From contig JAQVVD010000002.1 of NCBI GenBank assembly GCA_028699155.1, forward strand, positions 25,773-89,772: a stretch of 64,000 nucleotides of DNA, written 5' to 3'. The notes beneath the pieces were generated by a model. It ran no database searches. It was not told the DNA's origin and saw only the letters and a program-made list of their open reading frames with translations. This stretch comes from Candidatus Peribacteraceae bacterium (GTDB lineage: Bacteria > Patescibacteriota > Gracilibacteria > Peribacterales > Peribacteraceae). The stretch's first letter is position 1. Each line of letters begins with the position of its first letter. The position numbers and the translations under genes were made by a program. Positions 47,550 to 57,852 of this stretch are shown here, piece after piece.

Positions 47550-48794
47550 ATGGGTTCTATGAAGATCGTCCTTCTTAACGACGATATGTTGCCTGAGGCG
47601 AGGGGCGGCGCCGCGGTTGTTGTCGATCGTCTGCGGCGGGCGTTCACGGAACAGGGCCACGAAGTCATGCTCATTTCGACGCATCAAGATACCGCCAATA
47701 ATGTGCGGAATGTGCAGGATGGCATCGGCAGGATCATGCAGATCCCGGTGCGCTATGATTTTCGCAAGAGGCATCGCTATTGTGTCTCTAAACCGGCCGG
47801 TGTGCTGGACGCGATTGATGCGGCGCTCCGCGAGTACAAGCCCGATATCGTCCATGCGCACAATGTACATTCGTCTATAACGTACAGCGCACTCCGGGTT
47901 GCGCAGAGGCATACCGATTCCCTGTTCCTGACTGCCCATGACACATTCCTCGTTTCGTTCGGGCGCGTGTGCGGCGGTGCATATGAGCGGGACGCTCTTG
48001 CGGGGCGCGGACACCACATGCGGTTTACCGAGCATATACAGGCTGTCGGGAGACGGTACTGGCCGCTGCGCAACAGTGCGATCAGGCGGATTCTAGAGCA
48101 GACGGGGACACAGGTGATTGCCATCAGTGAGGCGCTCAAGATATTTCTTGAAGCCAACGGTATTCGGGTTTCTGCAGTCGTGCACAACGGCGTAGAGGTG
48201 AACCCGCCCATTGGCCAGGATGCCGTTGGAACATTCCGGCATACGCACAAGCTCACTGGTCCGACAATTCTCTACGGAGGCCGAATGAGTGAAGACAAGG
48301 GGAGTCTTGAACTATTGCGCGCGTTTCCGCTTGTGCGCAAACATTGTCCCAATGCGCAACTTCTGCTGCTTGGCGATCCGGAGCGTATTGCCTCCGCTTT
48401 GGACATGCTGTCGCAGCAGGATCGGCAGGGGGTTATTCTTGCAGGCTGGCTGCCGCAGGAGCAGGTGCGCATAGCATTCGCCGCTGCAACGGTTGTCACC
48501 ACGCCGTCAATTTATCTCGATTCATTCAATCTGATGAATATTGAGGCGATGGCCGAGGGGACGCCTGTTGTCGGGACATGTTTTGGCGGGACGCCGGAAA
48601 CAATCGTAGACGGCGTAACAGGGTACGTTTGCAATCCTCATGAGACATCCGCTTACGCCCAAGCTCTTACAACTATTCTTTCAGACAGCAGCCTGGCCAA
48701 GCGCATGGGTGATGCCGCACGGGTGCATGTGGTAAAGGAATTCTCGCTCGAGAAACAGGCTGCGCAGTACATGCATCTCTATTCGCGAGCGTGA
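47550..48794 (+). CDS. GT4-family glycosyltransferase
   Basis: KIVLLNDDMLPEARGGAAVVV, NIEAMAEGTPVVGTCFGGTPE. Confidence 0.8.
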   Translation: MGSMKIVLLNDDMLPEARGGAAVVVDRLRRAFTEQGHEVMLISTHQDTANNVRNVQDGIGRIMQIPVRYDFRKRHRYCVSKPAGVLDAIDAALREYKPDIVHAHNVHSSITYSALRVAQRHTDSLFLTAHDTFLVSFGRVCGGAYERDALAGRGHHMRFTEHIQAVGRRYWPLRNSAIRRILEQTGTQVIAISEALKIFLEANGIRVSAVVHNGVEVNPPIGQDAVGTFRHTHKLTGPTILYGGRMSEDKGSLELLRAFPLVRKHCPNAQLLLLGDPERIASALDMLSQQDRQGVILAGWLPQEQVRIAFAAATVVTTPSIYLDSFNLMNIEAMAEGTPVVGTCFGGTPETIVDGVTGYVCNPHETSAYAQALTTILSDSSLAKRMGDAARVHVVKEFSLEKQAAQYMHLYSRA

Positions 48795-48828
48795 CGCATG
48801 CATGTGCGGATAGATGAGAGGAGAGTTC

Positions 48829-50265
48829 TCACCGCCAGTACGGCTGTATTTTTTCCCGCATGGTTTTCCCCATTATCACCGCTTTTTCCTCCTGCGTGTG
48901 TTCCTCGTGGGAGCCTGTCGGACCTCCCACATACGGCTGCGTACAATTTTCTATTGCCCGTAGGAAAAGCCGCATGTCTCTCAATGTCGGGGTTTCCCCG
49001 TTTTCCACAATACTCTGTACGGCTTTCTTGCAATCCTCGTTTGTGCTGACCCTATGCACCCCCGGTGCATACTGAAAGAACCTGTGCCCAAACATTATTA
49101 CAGGTTTGCCTTTAAACAGCGCTTCCAGCCCGGCTGTTCCTGTTGCTGTTGCTACGGCTACCGCATGCGCTGTCAGCACAAACGTACTAAAGTCCCTTCG
49201 TATGAGTTTGACCGATGGAATATTTGCCAGTGTTTCATAGAATGCTTTGCTGCGGCATATTTCCCCCTGTGCAGGGTGTTCTTTGATGTAAATCTTTACG
49301 TCCGGCGGCAGATGTGCCGCCAGCATTTGCGCCATGAGTTCCTGATTGTTGAATACGCCTGCCATTGGACATGTTGTGGCTTCTGGTTGCAGGTGCAGTG
49401 GTAGGTAAATGTATCTTTCCTTCAGGTCTGGCTCCTCTGCCATCTGATCGTACAACTTGGAAGTATTATGCTGGCTGACTTTTCTTGTCCAGAATTCCAG
49501 TGAAAGCAGTGAGGAGAGTAAATATTTCGGTTTCTTAAAGAGCAGTTCCAGTGCGGTTTTGCCCCATTTAAGGAAGAAACTTCGGCGTGCCAGATGTTTC
49601 TCTCTGCGGAACATGTACCACGGGTCCTCGTTTTTGGTCGTATACTTCCGGAAGATTTCCTCAAATTTGTCGGAGAGCTTCACTTCCTGTTTCGGATCGT
49701 TGTTTTCCGCCTGCACAACAGCCAGCTCTCTCCGAAGTGCCTCCCCCGCTTCTCTGTAATCGCTCTCCAGAAGGAAGGCATCCATGATCACAAATCTCTC
49801 TATGTAGAAGAACGGGATCTGCTTTATTTTGCAGAGGGAGTACAGCACGTAATCGTAGCACTGGTGCGGCACGGTATAGCTCAGTACCAAATCAATTTTT
49901 TTGGTTTCGAGCAGATGATTAAAATAGAGGAAATGCCGGAGGTACTGCCGCTTTCTCTCATGGTAAGAAATGTCCCGGTACTTTGTGTACCGGTCTACCA
50001 TAGCTATGAATGTCGCCTCACAACCGCGCATTTTTTCCATCAGGTCTTCATCCAGCGGCGTGACCGCATTCCAATCCACATTTGAATGTTCCTCCCTCAT
50101 CAATTCTTTGGCAGGCAGCCAAATGTGCTCTTTTGCATCCAGTGTTGGCCATTGCTGCTTGTCATTCAGTATGGAAATGCAGGTATCCATCTTCAGCCCT
50201 TTTAGAGCTGCTTCCACAATCTCTTTGCACAGCACGCCGTCGAACGCTTTTAAAATGATATTCAC
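48829..50265 (-). CDS. KpsS/KpsC-like putative ulosonic-acid transferase, paralog 2
   Basis: About half the residues are identical by eye to 45993-47507 over the C-terminal domain (LHLQPEATT...YIKEHPAQ...VATATGTAGLEALFKGKP). Confidence 0.5.
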   Translation of the reverse strand: MNIILKAFDGVLCKEIVEAALKGLKMDTCISILNDKQQWPTLDAKEHIWLPAKELMREEHSNVDWNAVTPLDEDLMEKMRGCEATFIAMVDRYTKYRDISYHERKRQYLRHFLYFNHLLETKKIDLVLSYTVPHQCYDYVLYSLCKIKQIPFFYIERFVIMDAFLLESDYREAGEALRRELAVVQAENNDPKQEVKLSDKFEEIFRKYTTKNEDPWYMFRREKHLARRSFFLKWGKTALELLFKKPKYLLSSLLSLEFWTRKVSQHNTSKLYDQMAEEPDLKERYIYLPLHLQPEATTCPMAGVFNNQELMAQMLAAHLPPDVKIYIKEHPAQGEICRSKAFYETLANIPSVKLIRRDFSTFVLTAHAVAVATATGTAGLEALFKGKPVIMFGHRFFQYAPGVHRVSTNEDCKKAVQSIVENGETPTLRDMRLFLRAIENCTQPYVGGPTGSHEEHTQEEKAVIMGKTMREKIQPYWR

Positions 50266-50303
50266 GGTCTAAGTATGACAAAAAGCATACTCTCCGCCTA
50301 CGA

Positions 50304-51389
50304 TTAGCTCACCAATTCCCAAGTAAGCGGAGTTCCTCTCTCGATTCGTGCAGCCGCTTTTTTCCCAAGCACATTTTCAAACTCCTTTGGCGGCAGGCCG
50401 TTTGCGGGGCGAATGGATCGGACATTCTCTTCTGAGAATATCTCCCCCTTCTGCATGTTCCTTACTACGAATAAAGACCGGCGGAATTGCAGGCTCTTCT
50501 TATCCTGGCCGCTCGCGCCGTACGATACGTTTCCCAGTATTGTCTTATTAAGCTTATCTCCGGGGGTAGGGGATTGTTCCTGCGCCCGGATTGCATCCAC
50601 CATTTCTTTAAATTCATTCGGCTCTAATGAAAACGCGTTATCCGGTCCCGGTTTGCTCCGATCGAGTGTGAAGTGTTTTTCAATAACACATGCACCTAGT
50701 GCAACTGCGGTGAGCGGCACCTCTTGTTCCAATGAGTGATCGGAAAGCCCTACGGGGAGCTTGAACCGTTCCATCATATCCGGAATGGTTGCAAGGTTCA
50801 TTTCCTCTGGTTTTGCGGGATACGCACTGGTGCATTTGAGTAGAATAATTTGATCATTCTCCGAAGAATGTACCGCATCTACAGCATCTTGAATTTCTTG
50901 AATACTTCCCATTCCGGTCGAGATTATTACAGGCTTGCCTTTTGCAGCAATGTAGCGAATTAGTGGTATATCAACCAGTTCGAAAGATGCGACCTTGAAT
51001 GCTGGGACTCCCATTTCGTCTAGAAAATCCACCGCTTTAGTATCGTGTGGCGTGGAAAACAGATCCATACCTAATTCATTTGCAAGATTCATTAATTTTG
51101 GTTGCCAACCCCAAGGCGCATATAACTCTTCGTAGAGCTCATACAGATTCCGGCCCTCCCATGCCGTGCCTTTTTCAATCATGAATTCCCTTTTGTTGCA
51201 TTGCAACGTGATCGAATCGGGAGTGAATGTAAGCAGTTTGACTGCATCTGCACCCGCAGCCTTCATTTCGTGAAGCATTCTGACAGCACAGTCAAAGTCT
51301 TGAAGATGATTCCCTGACATTTCGGCGATTACGTACGTTGGGTGGCCAGTTCCAACAATTTTATCGCCAATAGATACTGTCGAGCTCAT
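50304..51389 (-). CDS. nonulosonic acid synthase (PseI/LegI/NeuB family) with SAF domain
   Basis: VIAEMSGNHLQD, AVKL, FKVASFELVD, GLSDHS, C-terminal SAF. ATGA overlap with the upstream gene (51386-51389). Confidence 0.85.
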   Translation of the reverse strand: MSSTVSIGDKIVGTGHPTYVIAEMSGNHLQDFDCAVRMLHEMKAAGADAVKLLTFTPDSITLQCNKREFMIEKGTAWEGRNLYELYEELYAPWGWQPKLMNLANELGMDLFSTPHDTKAVDFLDEMGVPAFKVASFELVDIPLIRYIAAKGKPVIISTGMGSIQEIQDAVDAVHSSENDQIILLKCTSAYPAKPEEMNLATIPDMMERFKLPVGLSDHSLEQEVPLTAVALGACVIEKHFTLDRSKPGPDNAFSLEPNEFKEMVDAIRAQEQSPTPGDKLNKTILGNVSYGASGQDKKSLQFRRSLFVVRNMQKGEIFSEENVRSIRPANGLPPKEFENVLGKKAAARIERGTPLTWELVS

Positions 51390-52075
51390 CGGATTTCACG
51401 AATTAATTCGAAGGCTTCTGCCGCTCCAAATCCCGACACACTGCCCCAATAAATTGCATGTGCCCTCAAGACTTCCTCCGAACGAGGGTGCGGGAATGCG
51501 CGCATTTCTTGTTCGTAGACTTTCATTGCAGATATTTTGCTTTCCAACGTATTGCTAATGTCCTCGAATGTTGTTGGGTGGAATCTTGGGGAAAAAGACT
51601 GGAATGCCCATTCGGTTGACGATGGTACCTCGTATGCGTACACCTGTTTTACTGTTCCCCCTTCCATTGGACGCGTTGCGGTGAGTACTGCCCTGAATGT
51701 GCGCTCATGGTCGATGTTTAGATCTCCCCCATGTTGGGTGAATACCATAGAAGGTTTTATTTGCTTAACATGGTCCTCTACCATTTTTATGATTTCCAAA
51801 AGCGGCACGGTATCGAACCTATTATCAGGAAGATGCCCGATTTTCACGCTTTGTGCCCCAAGAATTTTCCCAGCCTTTGCAGCTTGGGTATGCAATTCTT
51901 GTATTTGCTTTTTGTCTGTTTCCGCGGGGCTGGAATATCTGGACGTGATACCTTCTCCCAGTATAATAATATGAACAGAGTTCCCTTCTTTTGCGAGCTT
52001 TGCAATTGTTCCTCCACAGCCTAGCACCTCATCGTCTGGGTGTGCGGCAACAACTAGAATATCCATTTTTCTCAA
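51386..52075 (-). CDS. PIG-L/LmbE-family N-deacetylase
   Basis: ILVVAAHPDDEVLGCGGTIAK signature. Confidence 0.8.
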   Translation of the reverse strand: MRKMDILVVAAHPDDEVLGCGGTIAKLAKEGNSVHIIILGEGITSRYSSPAETDKKQIQELHTQAAKAGKILGAQSVKIGHLPDNRFDTVPLLEIIKMVEDHVKQIKPSMVFTQHGGDLNIDHERTFRAVLTATRPMEGGTVKQVYAYEVPSSTEWAFQSFSPRFHPTTFEDISNTLESKISAMKVYEQEMRAFPHPRSEEVLRAHAIYWGSVSGFGAAEAFELIREIR

Positions 52076-52208
52076 GAAGTAGAGATAATTATAAACATAT
52101 CAATTCTATAATCCGCGCGAAAATTTACTAATTTTTTTCACAGTATTTCAAAAATTATACAATGAAATTGTATTCGTTCAATTCCTTCTGCCATATATCA
52201 TACAGCCA

Positions 52209-53144
52209 GTGCTTAATGTTTTAATTACTTGCGCAGGCGGAGCGGGGTCACAGTATTTGGCCGAGTCTGTACGCAATACGTACAATATCTTTCTTGCAGA
52301 TGGGAATGACGAAATAGTTGCTGCTCATTCGGATCTGCCGTTTCAAAAAATTCCGCTTGGATCAGACCCTGCCTACAAAGCATCAATTACCACACTCGTA
52401 AAGAAACTAAAAATAGATTTTATTGTCCCCGGCGCGGATGAAGAATTGATACCGCTCGCTATCTTGCATGAAGAGAGTGTCGTCAAGTGCGTGATGCCTA
52501 TCAAGCATTTTGTTGAGGCATGTTTGCACAAAAAGAAGCTTATGCATTTACTCCACCAGCACGGTCTTTCAACACTACTCCCCTTTGCTACGGAAGACGA
52601 GGTGGTATTTCCCGCAGTTGCAAAACCAATTTTCGGCAGAGGGTCGTATCAAGCCCATCGGATTGATACCAAACATCAATTAGAAGGGTATTTGAAACTT
52701 TACAGCAAAACATTCCCAGAAATATTAGTGCAGCCATGCATAGATGGTCAGGAGTATACGGTTTCGGTGATTCTAAATAACATGAACAAGCTCATTGGCA
52801 TTGTCCCAAAGCGCATCATTCGCAAAAAGGGCATTACGCAAGTCGCAGTAACAGAAAACAATGCTTGTATTGAGGAAGTGTGCAAGAAAATTGTCGAAAC
52901 AATGAATCCGTGCGGTCCGTTCAACGTGCAACTAATGTTGCTAAAAAATACGTGTTACATATTTGAAATTAATCCACGACTCTCCACTACTGCGGTACTT
53001 ACGGACAAAGCCTTTGGGAATGAAATAGATCTATTTATTCGGCACTATGATCACGACAGAATTTTTCCATTACCTGCAATGAGAGAGAGGGTGTACCTTT
53101 ATCGAGGCACTCAAAATTTCTTTGTTGATGCAGCAAATATTTAG
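52209..53144 (+). CDS. ATP-grasp enzyme
   Basis: Size and layout are typical of ATP-grasp ligases (FIVPGADEE, VAKPIFGRGS, EYTVSV, FEINPRLS). GTG start. Confidence 0.65.
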   Translation: MLNVLITCAGGAGSQYLAESVRNTYNIFLADGNDEIVAAHSDLPFQKIPLGSDPAYKASITTLVKKLKIDFIVPGADEELIPLAILHEESVVKCVMPIKHFVEACLHKKKLMHLLHQHGLSTLLPFATEDEVVFPAVAKPIFGRGSYQAHRIDTKHQLEGYLKLYSKTFPEILVQPCIDGQEYTVSVILNNMNKLIGIVPKRIIRKKGITQVAVTENNACIEEVCKKIVETMNPCGPFNVQLMLLKNTCYIFEINPRLSTTAVLTDKAFGNEIDLFIRHYDHDRIFPLPAMRERVYLYRGTQNFFVDAANI

Positions 53145-53160
53145 CATCTTGGCGCGTTTA

Positions 53161-53850
53161 TCATAGTGGGAATCTTTTACCATCTGATCGGATCACCAGA
53201 TTTTCATCTATAGAAAGTGCGCCCATGTATTTTCCATATCCAGCTCCCAAATCTATATTTATGTATCCTTTCTCTATTGTCGGCTCATTTCCGAGGTATG
53301 TATTCCCCGCCACGATTCTGTACAGGTCTAGATATTTTCTGTTCATCGGAATGTCTTTTGGTCGCAAGAAGAAATTTCTCTCTTCAAAGTTCAAAATTTT
53401 CTTTGTGTATTGCTCTTTTAATAGACCGGCATGAAGTGCCAAATAGTCTTTTGTGATGTACCAATCCTTCGTTTTATCAATCAAATTAAAATATAGTTGT
53501 AGCCTATCTTTTAATAGTTCTACGTTGTTGTTCAGCAGTGCGTGCTGCACTTTTTTTGGATATTGTTGCAATGCCTCCATCCCTCCATATTGCAGGAGAA
53601 ACGACTGTCTTTCGAGATCCTGCCCATTTACATATTTGTCCCATACGAACTCATGATTCCCTCTAATGAAGATACAATGACATTCTTTATCAAGTTCGTT
53701 TAAAAGCTGAAGAGTCTGTTCGGTATTTGTTTGTTTATCAATATAGTCTCCAAGAAAAATAAGTGTAGTGCTGCTTTCTGGCCGGATCTGCCGAAGCAAT
53801 GATTCTAACTCTCGTACGTTTGCGTGAATGTCGCCAATTATGTAGGTCAT
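53161..53850 (-). CDS. calcineurin-like metallophosphoesterase
   Basis: IIGDIHAN, FLGDYIDK, RGNHEF motifs. Confidence 0.75.
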   Translation of the reverse strand: MTYIIGDIHANVRELESLLRQIRPESSTTLIFLGDYIDKQTNTEQTLQLLNELDKECHCIFIRGNHEFVWDKYVNGQDLERQSFLLQYGGMEALQQYPKKVQHALLNNNVELLKDRLQLYFNLIDKTKDWYITKDYLALHAGLLKEQYTKKILNFEERNFFLRPKDIPMNRKYLDLYRIVAGNTYLGNEPTIEKGYINIDLGAGYGKYMGALSIDENLVIRSDGKRFPL

Positions 53851-54524
53851 AACATTTCGAAAATATTAACGTCGTCTCCAGACGATTTGCCAAATTCCCC
53901 CTTTGCAGTTCTCAGGATAATATCGGCGACATCTTGCGGAGGGACTCCACGATAACCTGTCATGTCTGTTTTAGTCATTCCGGGGTGGACTGATACGATA
54001 CGCAAGCTTTTTTCATCAAGTGCCAATGCTTTTGTAAAACCCCTGATGCCCCATTTTGTCGCGCAGTATGGGGCTAGTTCTGGATCACCCATGTATCCAG
54101 CACCGCTTCCAATGGAAATTATTGTCTCCCGAATGTATGGCAGAAGAAGTTTTGTCAATTTAAGTGTGCCCTCAAGGTTTGTTCGAATTTGATATTCGAT
54201 TTCATCAAATGTTTGATCGCGAAGCCGTTTCCAAACTATAACACCTGCGTTATTAATTAGTACATTTAGGTGCCCATAATTACTTTTTATAAATTCTGCG
54301 CACATCTCGATACTCTTATTATTTCCGAGGTTTAGCTCTATTTCCTCAGCCCTTTCTGCACCAAGATCATGACATTTTTTACACAAATCTTGTGCCATTT
54401 TCCTGTTTCTTTGGTACGTAACCAAAAGAATGGCACCCTCTCCTGCAAGTTTGTATGCAGTCTCTGCACCGATGCCCCGACTGCCACCCGTAAGAAGAAT
54501 GGTTTTACCTCGGAGCAGATTCAT
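53847..54524 (-). CDS. short-chain dehydrogenase/reductase
   Basis: LLTGGSRGIGAE, NNAG, YCATK motifs. Confidence 0.8.
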   Translation of the reverse strand: MNLLRGKTILLTGGSRGIGAETAYKLAGEGAILLVTYQRNRKMAQDLCKKCHDLGAERAEEIELNLGNNKSIEMCAEFIKSNYGHLNVLINNAGVIVWKRLRDQTFDEIEYQIRTNLEGTLKLTKLLLPYIRETIISIGSGAGYMGDPELAPYCATKWGIRGFTKALALDEKSLRIVSVHPGMTKTDMTGYRGVPPQDVADIILRTAKGEFGKSSGDDVNIFEML

Positions 54525-54590
54525 AGTTTTATCCTAAGTTACGAGCCACTAGATCACAACCTTTTACCGCAGAATCCACTTCTAATTCCC

Positions 54591-56102
54591 TCAGTCCTCG
54601 TTCATGTTTTTGGATAAATAGTAGACTGGAAAACCATGCTCCACCCCTGTTTTTTCCCCTGAAAATCCAGCCTTCCTAAACGCCCGCACTGACGCTGAAT
54701 TTTTCTGTTTTATTGTCGCCTGAAAGTTGTGTGCGCTATGTACAGACCACATTCGCCGTATGCCGATATTTATTAGGGCGGAACCATATCCCTTCCCTTG
54801 AAATTTCGGATCAATGTGCACATCAATTTCTACTGTCATTCCATCGGGAATGCTATTAAATCGAATTTGACCGATCGGTTGATTCTCACTGTTTATTGCT
54901 ATAAATATTTGGCATTCTCGGTCGCTTAGCGATCGGAGAAACCACTCAATATGATCCTCCCACTCAATTGGTTCGGAATGGAAAGCTGCAGCTCGGACAG
55001 TCCGATTATTCGCCCATTGAAACAATAGATTGCAGTCAGCTTTTCTAGCATCCCGCAACCATAATTTTTCATTTGCAAGTTCCATACACACTCTGGCTGC
55101 GCCATGACCGTCGACCAGTGATTTTCCTGCTTGAGACATCGTCGTACGTTTGACCTGATCAGTCAGCAACTTGCGGAGCGCATCCGATATTTCTTTTGGC
55201 GATACATCTGCATGCCAGCCGAGATTGACGGCAGCATCGGACTCTTCCATTCCCTCTGCGACTGCCCTTTGATTATCGGCCAGAACAATGGAGAGCGCAG
55301 GAAGGCCGACGCAGGCAAGCTCATAGCACGTGGTTCCTCCTCCAGAGATTGCGATATCGGCCCACTCCATAAGCCTTTTCATGTTCGTTGCATCTACGAT
55401 GATTTCCATTCCTCTCGCGTCCCCGTCGGTTTGTATGCGTTGGATGTTCGGGTTCACGCCGCCTACAACGATTGTGGCTGCAAGTCCTTTAACAGATGTA
55501 ATAGCTTCAATGACTTTCGCCGTCACATTTTCCGGATCGCTGCCGCCGAGGGTAACCAGAATTTTTCGTGCCGCAGGGGCAATTTCTTTCTCGGCCGTTT
55601 CCTGCGCGAACTCTTTTCTTAGCAGTGCAAAAGTGGTTCCGAGCAGCAGCTTTGTTTCCGGTTCCCGTGATTCATACAACTCTTCCGATGCGTACACATT
55701 CTGGTTTAAGACAATGTCTGCGCAGTAATGCTCTGCATGTCCGTAATCATCAATAAACAGTAATTTGTGCCCATTCTGTTTTATGGATTGCTGGTACGAG
55801 GCAGAGAAATCGTACCCGTCCACAACGATCCACTGCGCATTGGTTTTCGTGGCACACGCTGCCGTTTCTACCGCATCTTCTTCCGTATATGGTTCAGCGG
55901 AGAGGGCGCGCACAGTGCATCCTTCCTCCTCAATTCTTTTTCGGATGGTATCCGGCAGTGTCTTCGAAAGAAATTCCACCATGCCGCTCCCGGCTTTCCA
56001 CTCCTGTGCAAGTGCGAGGCACCGCATGGCATGACCGGCGCCGATTTGCGTGCCTGCATCGGTTCTAATGACAAGATTCTCGCGCATGAGGATGTATTGC
56101 AT
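54591..56102 (-). CDS. PseG-like UDP-sugar hydrolase fused to GNAT N-acetyltransferase (PseH-like)
   Basis: VIRTDAGTQIGAGHAMRCLALA N-terminus (PseG/SpsG signature). C-terminal ~165 aa is GNAT (QGKGYGSALI). Start is either ATG 56102 (TAATG overlap with the upstream stop) or 56087. Confidence 0.75.
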   Translation of the reverse strand: MQYILMRENLVIRTDAGTQIGAGHAMRCLALAQEWKAGSGMVEFLSKTLPDTIRKRIEEEGCTVRALSAEPYTEEDAVETAACATKTNAQWIVVDGYDFSASYQQSIKQNGHKLLFIDDYGHAEHYCADIVLNQNVYASEELYESREPETKLLLGTTFALLRKEFAQETAEKEIAPAARKILVTLGGSDPENVTAKVIEAITSVKGLAATIVVGGVNPNIQRIQTDGDARGMEIIVDATNMKRLMEWADIAISGGGTTCYELACVGLPALSIVLADNQRAVAEGMEESDAAVNLGWHADVSPKEISDALRKLLTDQVKRTTMSQAGKSLVDGHGAARVCMELANEKLWLRDARKADCNLLFQWANNRTVRAAAFHSEPIEWEDHIEWFLRSLSDRECQIFIAINSENQPIGQIRFNSIPDGMTVEIDVHIDPKFQGKGYGSALINIGIRRMWSVHSAHNFQATIKQKNSASVRAFRKAGFSGEKTGVEHGFPVYYLSKNMNED

Positions 56103-56839
56103 TAAATATACTGGCCCGCATCTACCTTGAGTACCTGCCCGGTAATGTGCCGCGCCTCTTCGCTGCACAAGAATGCAACCACGGGCGCGATATCTTCGGG
56201 TTGCCCCAATCGTTTTATGGCGCATTCACTCAAGACAAGCTCGCGCACGGAATCCGGCGTGTCCACTTGCGATGTTGTTTCTATAAAACCGGGAGCAACC
56301 ACATTTACATTGATATTGTATTCGCCCAATTCCAGTGCGGCGGCTTTTATCAGGCCGGTCAGGCCCGCCTTCGCCGCGTTGTAGCTTGCGGTTCCACGGC
56401 GTGCGCGCAGACCGTTGATTGATCCGATGGAGACGATTTTTCCCGCCTTCTGTTGTATGAAAACAGGGGAGACGGCATGGATGTAGTTGAATGTTCCCTT
56501 CAGTGTCACATCAATCACTTCGTCCCAGTCTTCCTCCGAAAGCTCCCACAGAGTCCCTTTGCGCGCAATGCCGGCACTGCATACCAATGCATGTAAGCCG
56601 CCAAGCTGCTTCTCTATCGTTTGTACTATCTCTTTTGCGCGTGAAAAGTCGGCTGCATTTGCCTGTATGGCAATTGATTTTCCGCCCAATGCTTCTACTT
56701 CTTTCACTAAAGACTCGGCTGCCTCTTTTTCACTCAAGTATGTAAAGGCTACGTCATTGCCAGCTTTTGCGAGCGTTCGTACGATTTCCGCCCCAAGTCC
56801 GCGTGATCCTGCCGTTACCAGTGCTACGCGTTTTTGCAC
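56102..56839 (-). CDS. SDR, FabG-like 3-oxoacyl reductase
   Basis: ALVTAGSRGLGAEI, YNAAK, overall FabG-like. Confidence 0.8.
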   Translation of the reverse strand: MQKRVALVTAGSRGLGAEIVRTLAKAGNDVAFTYLSEKEAAESLVKEVEALGGKSIAIQANAADFSRAKEIVQTIEKQLGGLHALVCSAGIARKGTLWELSEEDWDEVIDVTLKGTFNYIHAVSPVFIQQKAGKIVSIGSINGLRARRGTASYNAAKAGLTGLIKAAALELGEYNINVNVVAPGFIETTSQVDTPDSVRELVLSECAIKRLGQPEDIAPVVAFLCSEEARHITGQVLKVDAGQYI

Positions 56840-56862
56840 GGGAAAATGCTATCACAATTGCG

Positions 56863-57852
56863 CTACTTGTCGCTCATTTTTGCCGTATTTCTGGCCTGCA
56901 GGGCAATTTGCAGAGCGGCATTTGCTTCCGCCAGATTCCTCCGGGGGGCCTGCTGCGTTTCAATGCATTCCAAAAAGTGCTTCATTTCATCGATATACAT
57001 GTCATTTGGTTCCCAATTTTCAGGTTCAGCAAAGGAATCCACGATCTTTCCGTCCCGGTTCTTCACTTCCACAATTTTCTCAGTAAAGTCCCACCTTATG
57101 GATCCTTTAGTGCCTGTAATCGCGCAGAAACGCCTGTATTCCGGTTCGGTAAAACTCAGGTGCACATGGCTTTTCATTCCTCCTTCATGCACCAAATTAA
57201 TATCGGCTGTACCATCGATTTCCGGCAGACCAATTGTTGCCGCTGACTGGGTTGTGGCCTGCGCGATTTTTGCCGGGCCGAAGTACCAGAGAGCCAGGTC
57301 AATTTCATGGATGCAGTCGAGCACTGCCCCGCCCTGGGCAGGATCTGCGCTGTAGCTCTTTTTGTAGTCCTGCTGCGGTCTCCAGTTTGGCAGATAGGAT
57401 CCTGTGTACACCTCTGCCTCAAGAATTTTTCCTATCCTTCCTTCATCAAGCAGCTTCTTTACCATTGCGGGTCCCGGGTGGAACCGCATATTGCAGCCGA
57501 CCATGCAGGCGCGGTTTCGCTTGGCGGTCTCTTCCTGCAATTCGTCGATTCTTTCGGGGGTATGTGAGAGCGGTTTTTCTATAAATACGTGCGCGCCTGT
57601 TTTTGCCGCTTCGAGCGCTTGCGGCACATGCGTGATCGTCGGGCCGCATGCCAACACGATTGACGGCTTATAGCGCGTGAGCGCCTCAGTGAAATCCGCA
57701 AACGGCTCAACTTGCAGTTCATCCGCAGCGTTTTTGAGGTGATCCGCATCAGGATCGCTTACCGCTAAATCGTTTATCCCTAAAACCCGAAGATTGCGCA
57801 GATGCCGCATTCCGATCGAGCCTGCTCCGCTCACAAGGATCCGCCGCTTCAT
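56863..57852 (-). CDS. Gfo/Idh/MocA-family oxidoreductase
   Basis: Trimmed to MKRRILVSGAGSIGMRH (ATGA overlap 57849-57852). EKP motif IEKPLS. Confidence 0.8.
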   Translation of the reverse strand: MKRRILVSGAGSIGMRHLRNLRVLGINDLAVSDPDADHLKNAADELQVEPFADFTEALTRYKPSIVLACGPTITHVPQALEAAKTGAHVFIEKPLSHTPERIDELQEETAKRNRACMVGCNMRFHPGPAMVKKLLDEGRIGKILEAEVYTGSYLPNWRPQQDYKKSYSADPAQGGAVLDCIHEIDLALWYFGPAKIAQATTQSAATIGLPEIDGTADINLVHEGGMKSHVHLSFTEPEYRRFCAITGTKGSIRWDFTEKIVEVKNRDGKIVDSFAEPENWEPNDMYIDEMKHFLECIETQQAPRRNLAEANAALQIALQARNTAKMSDK

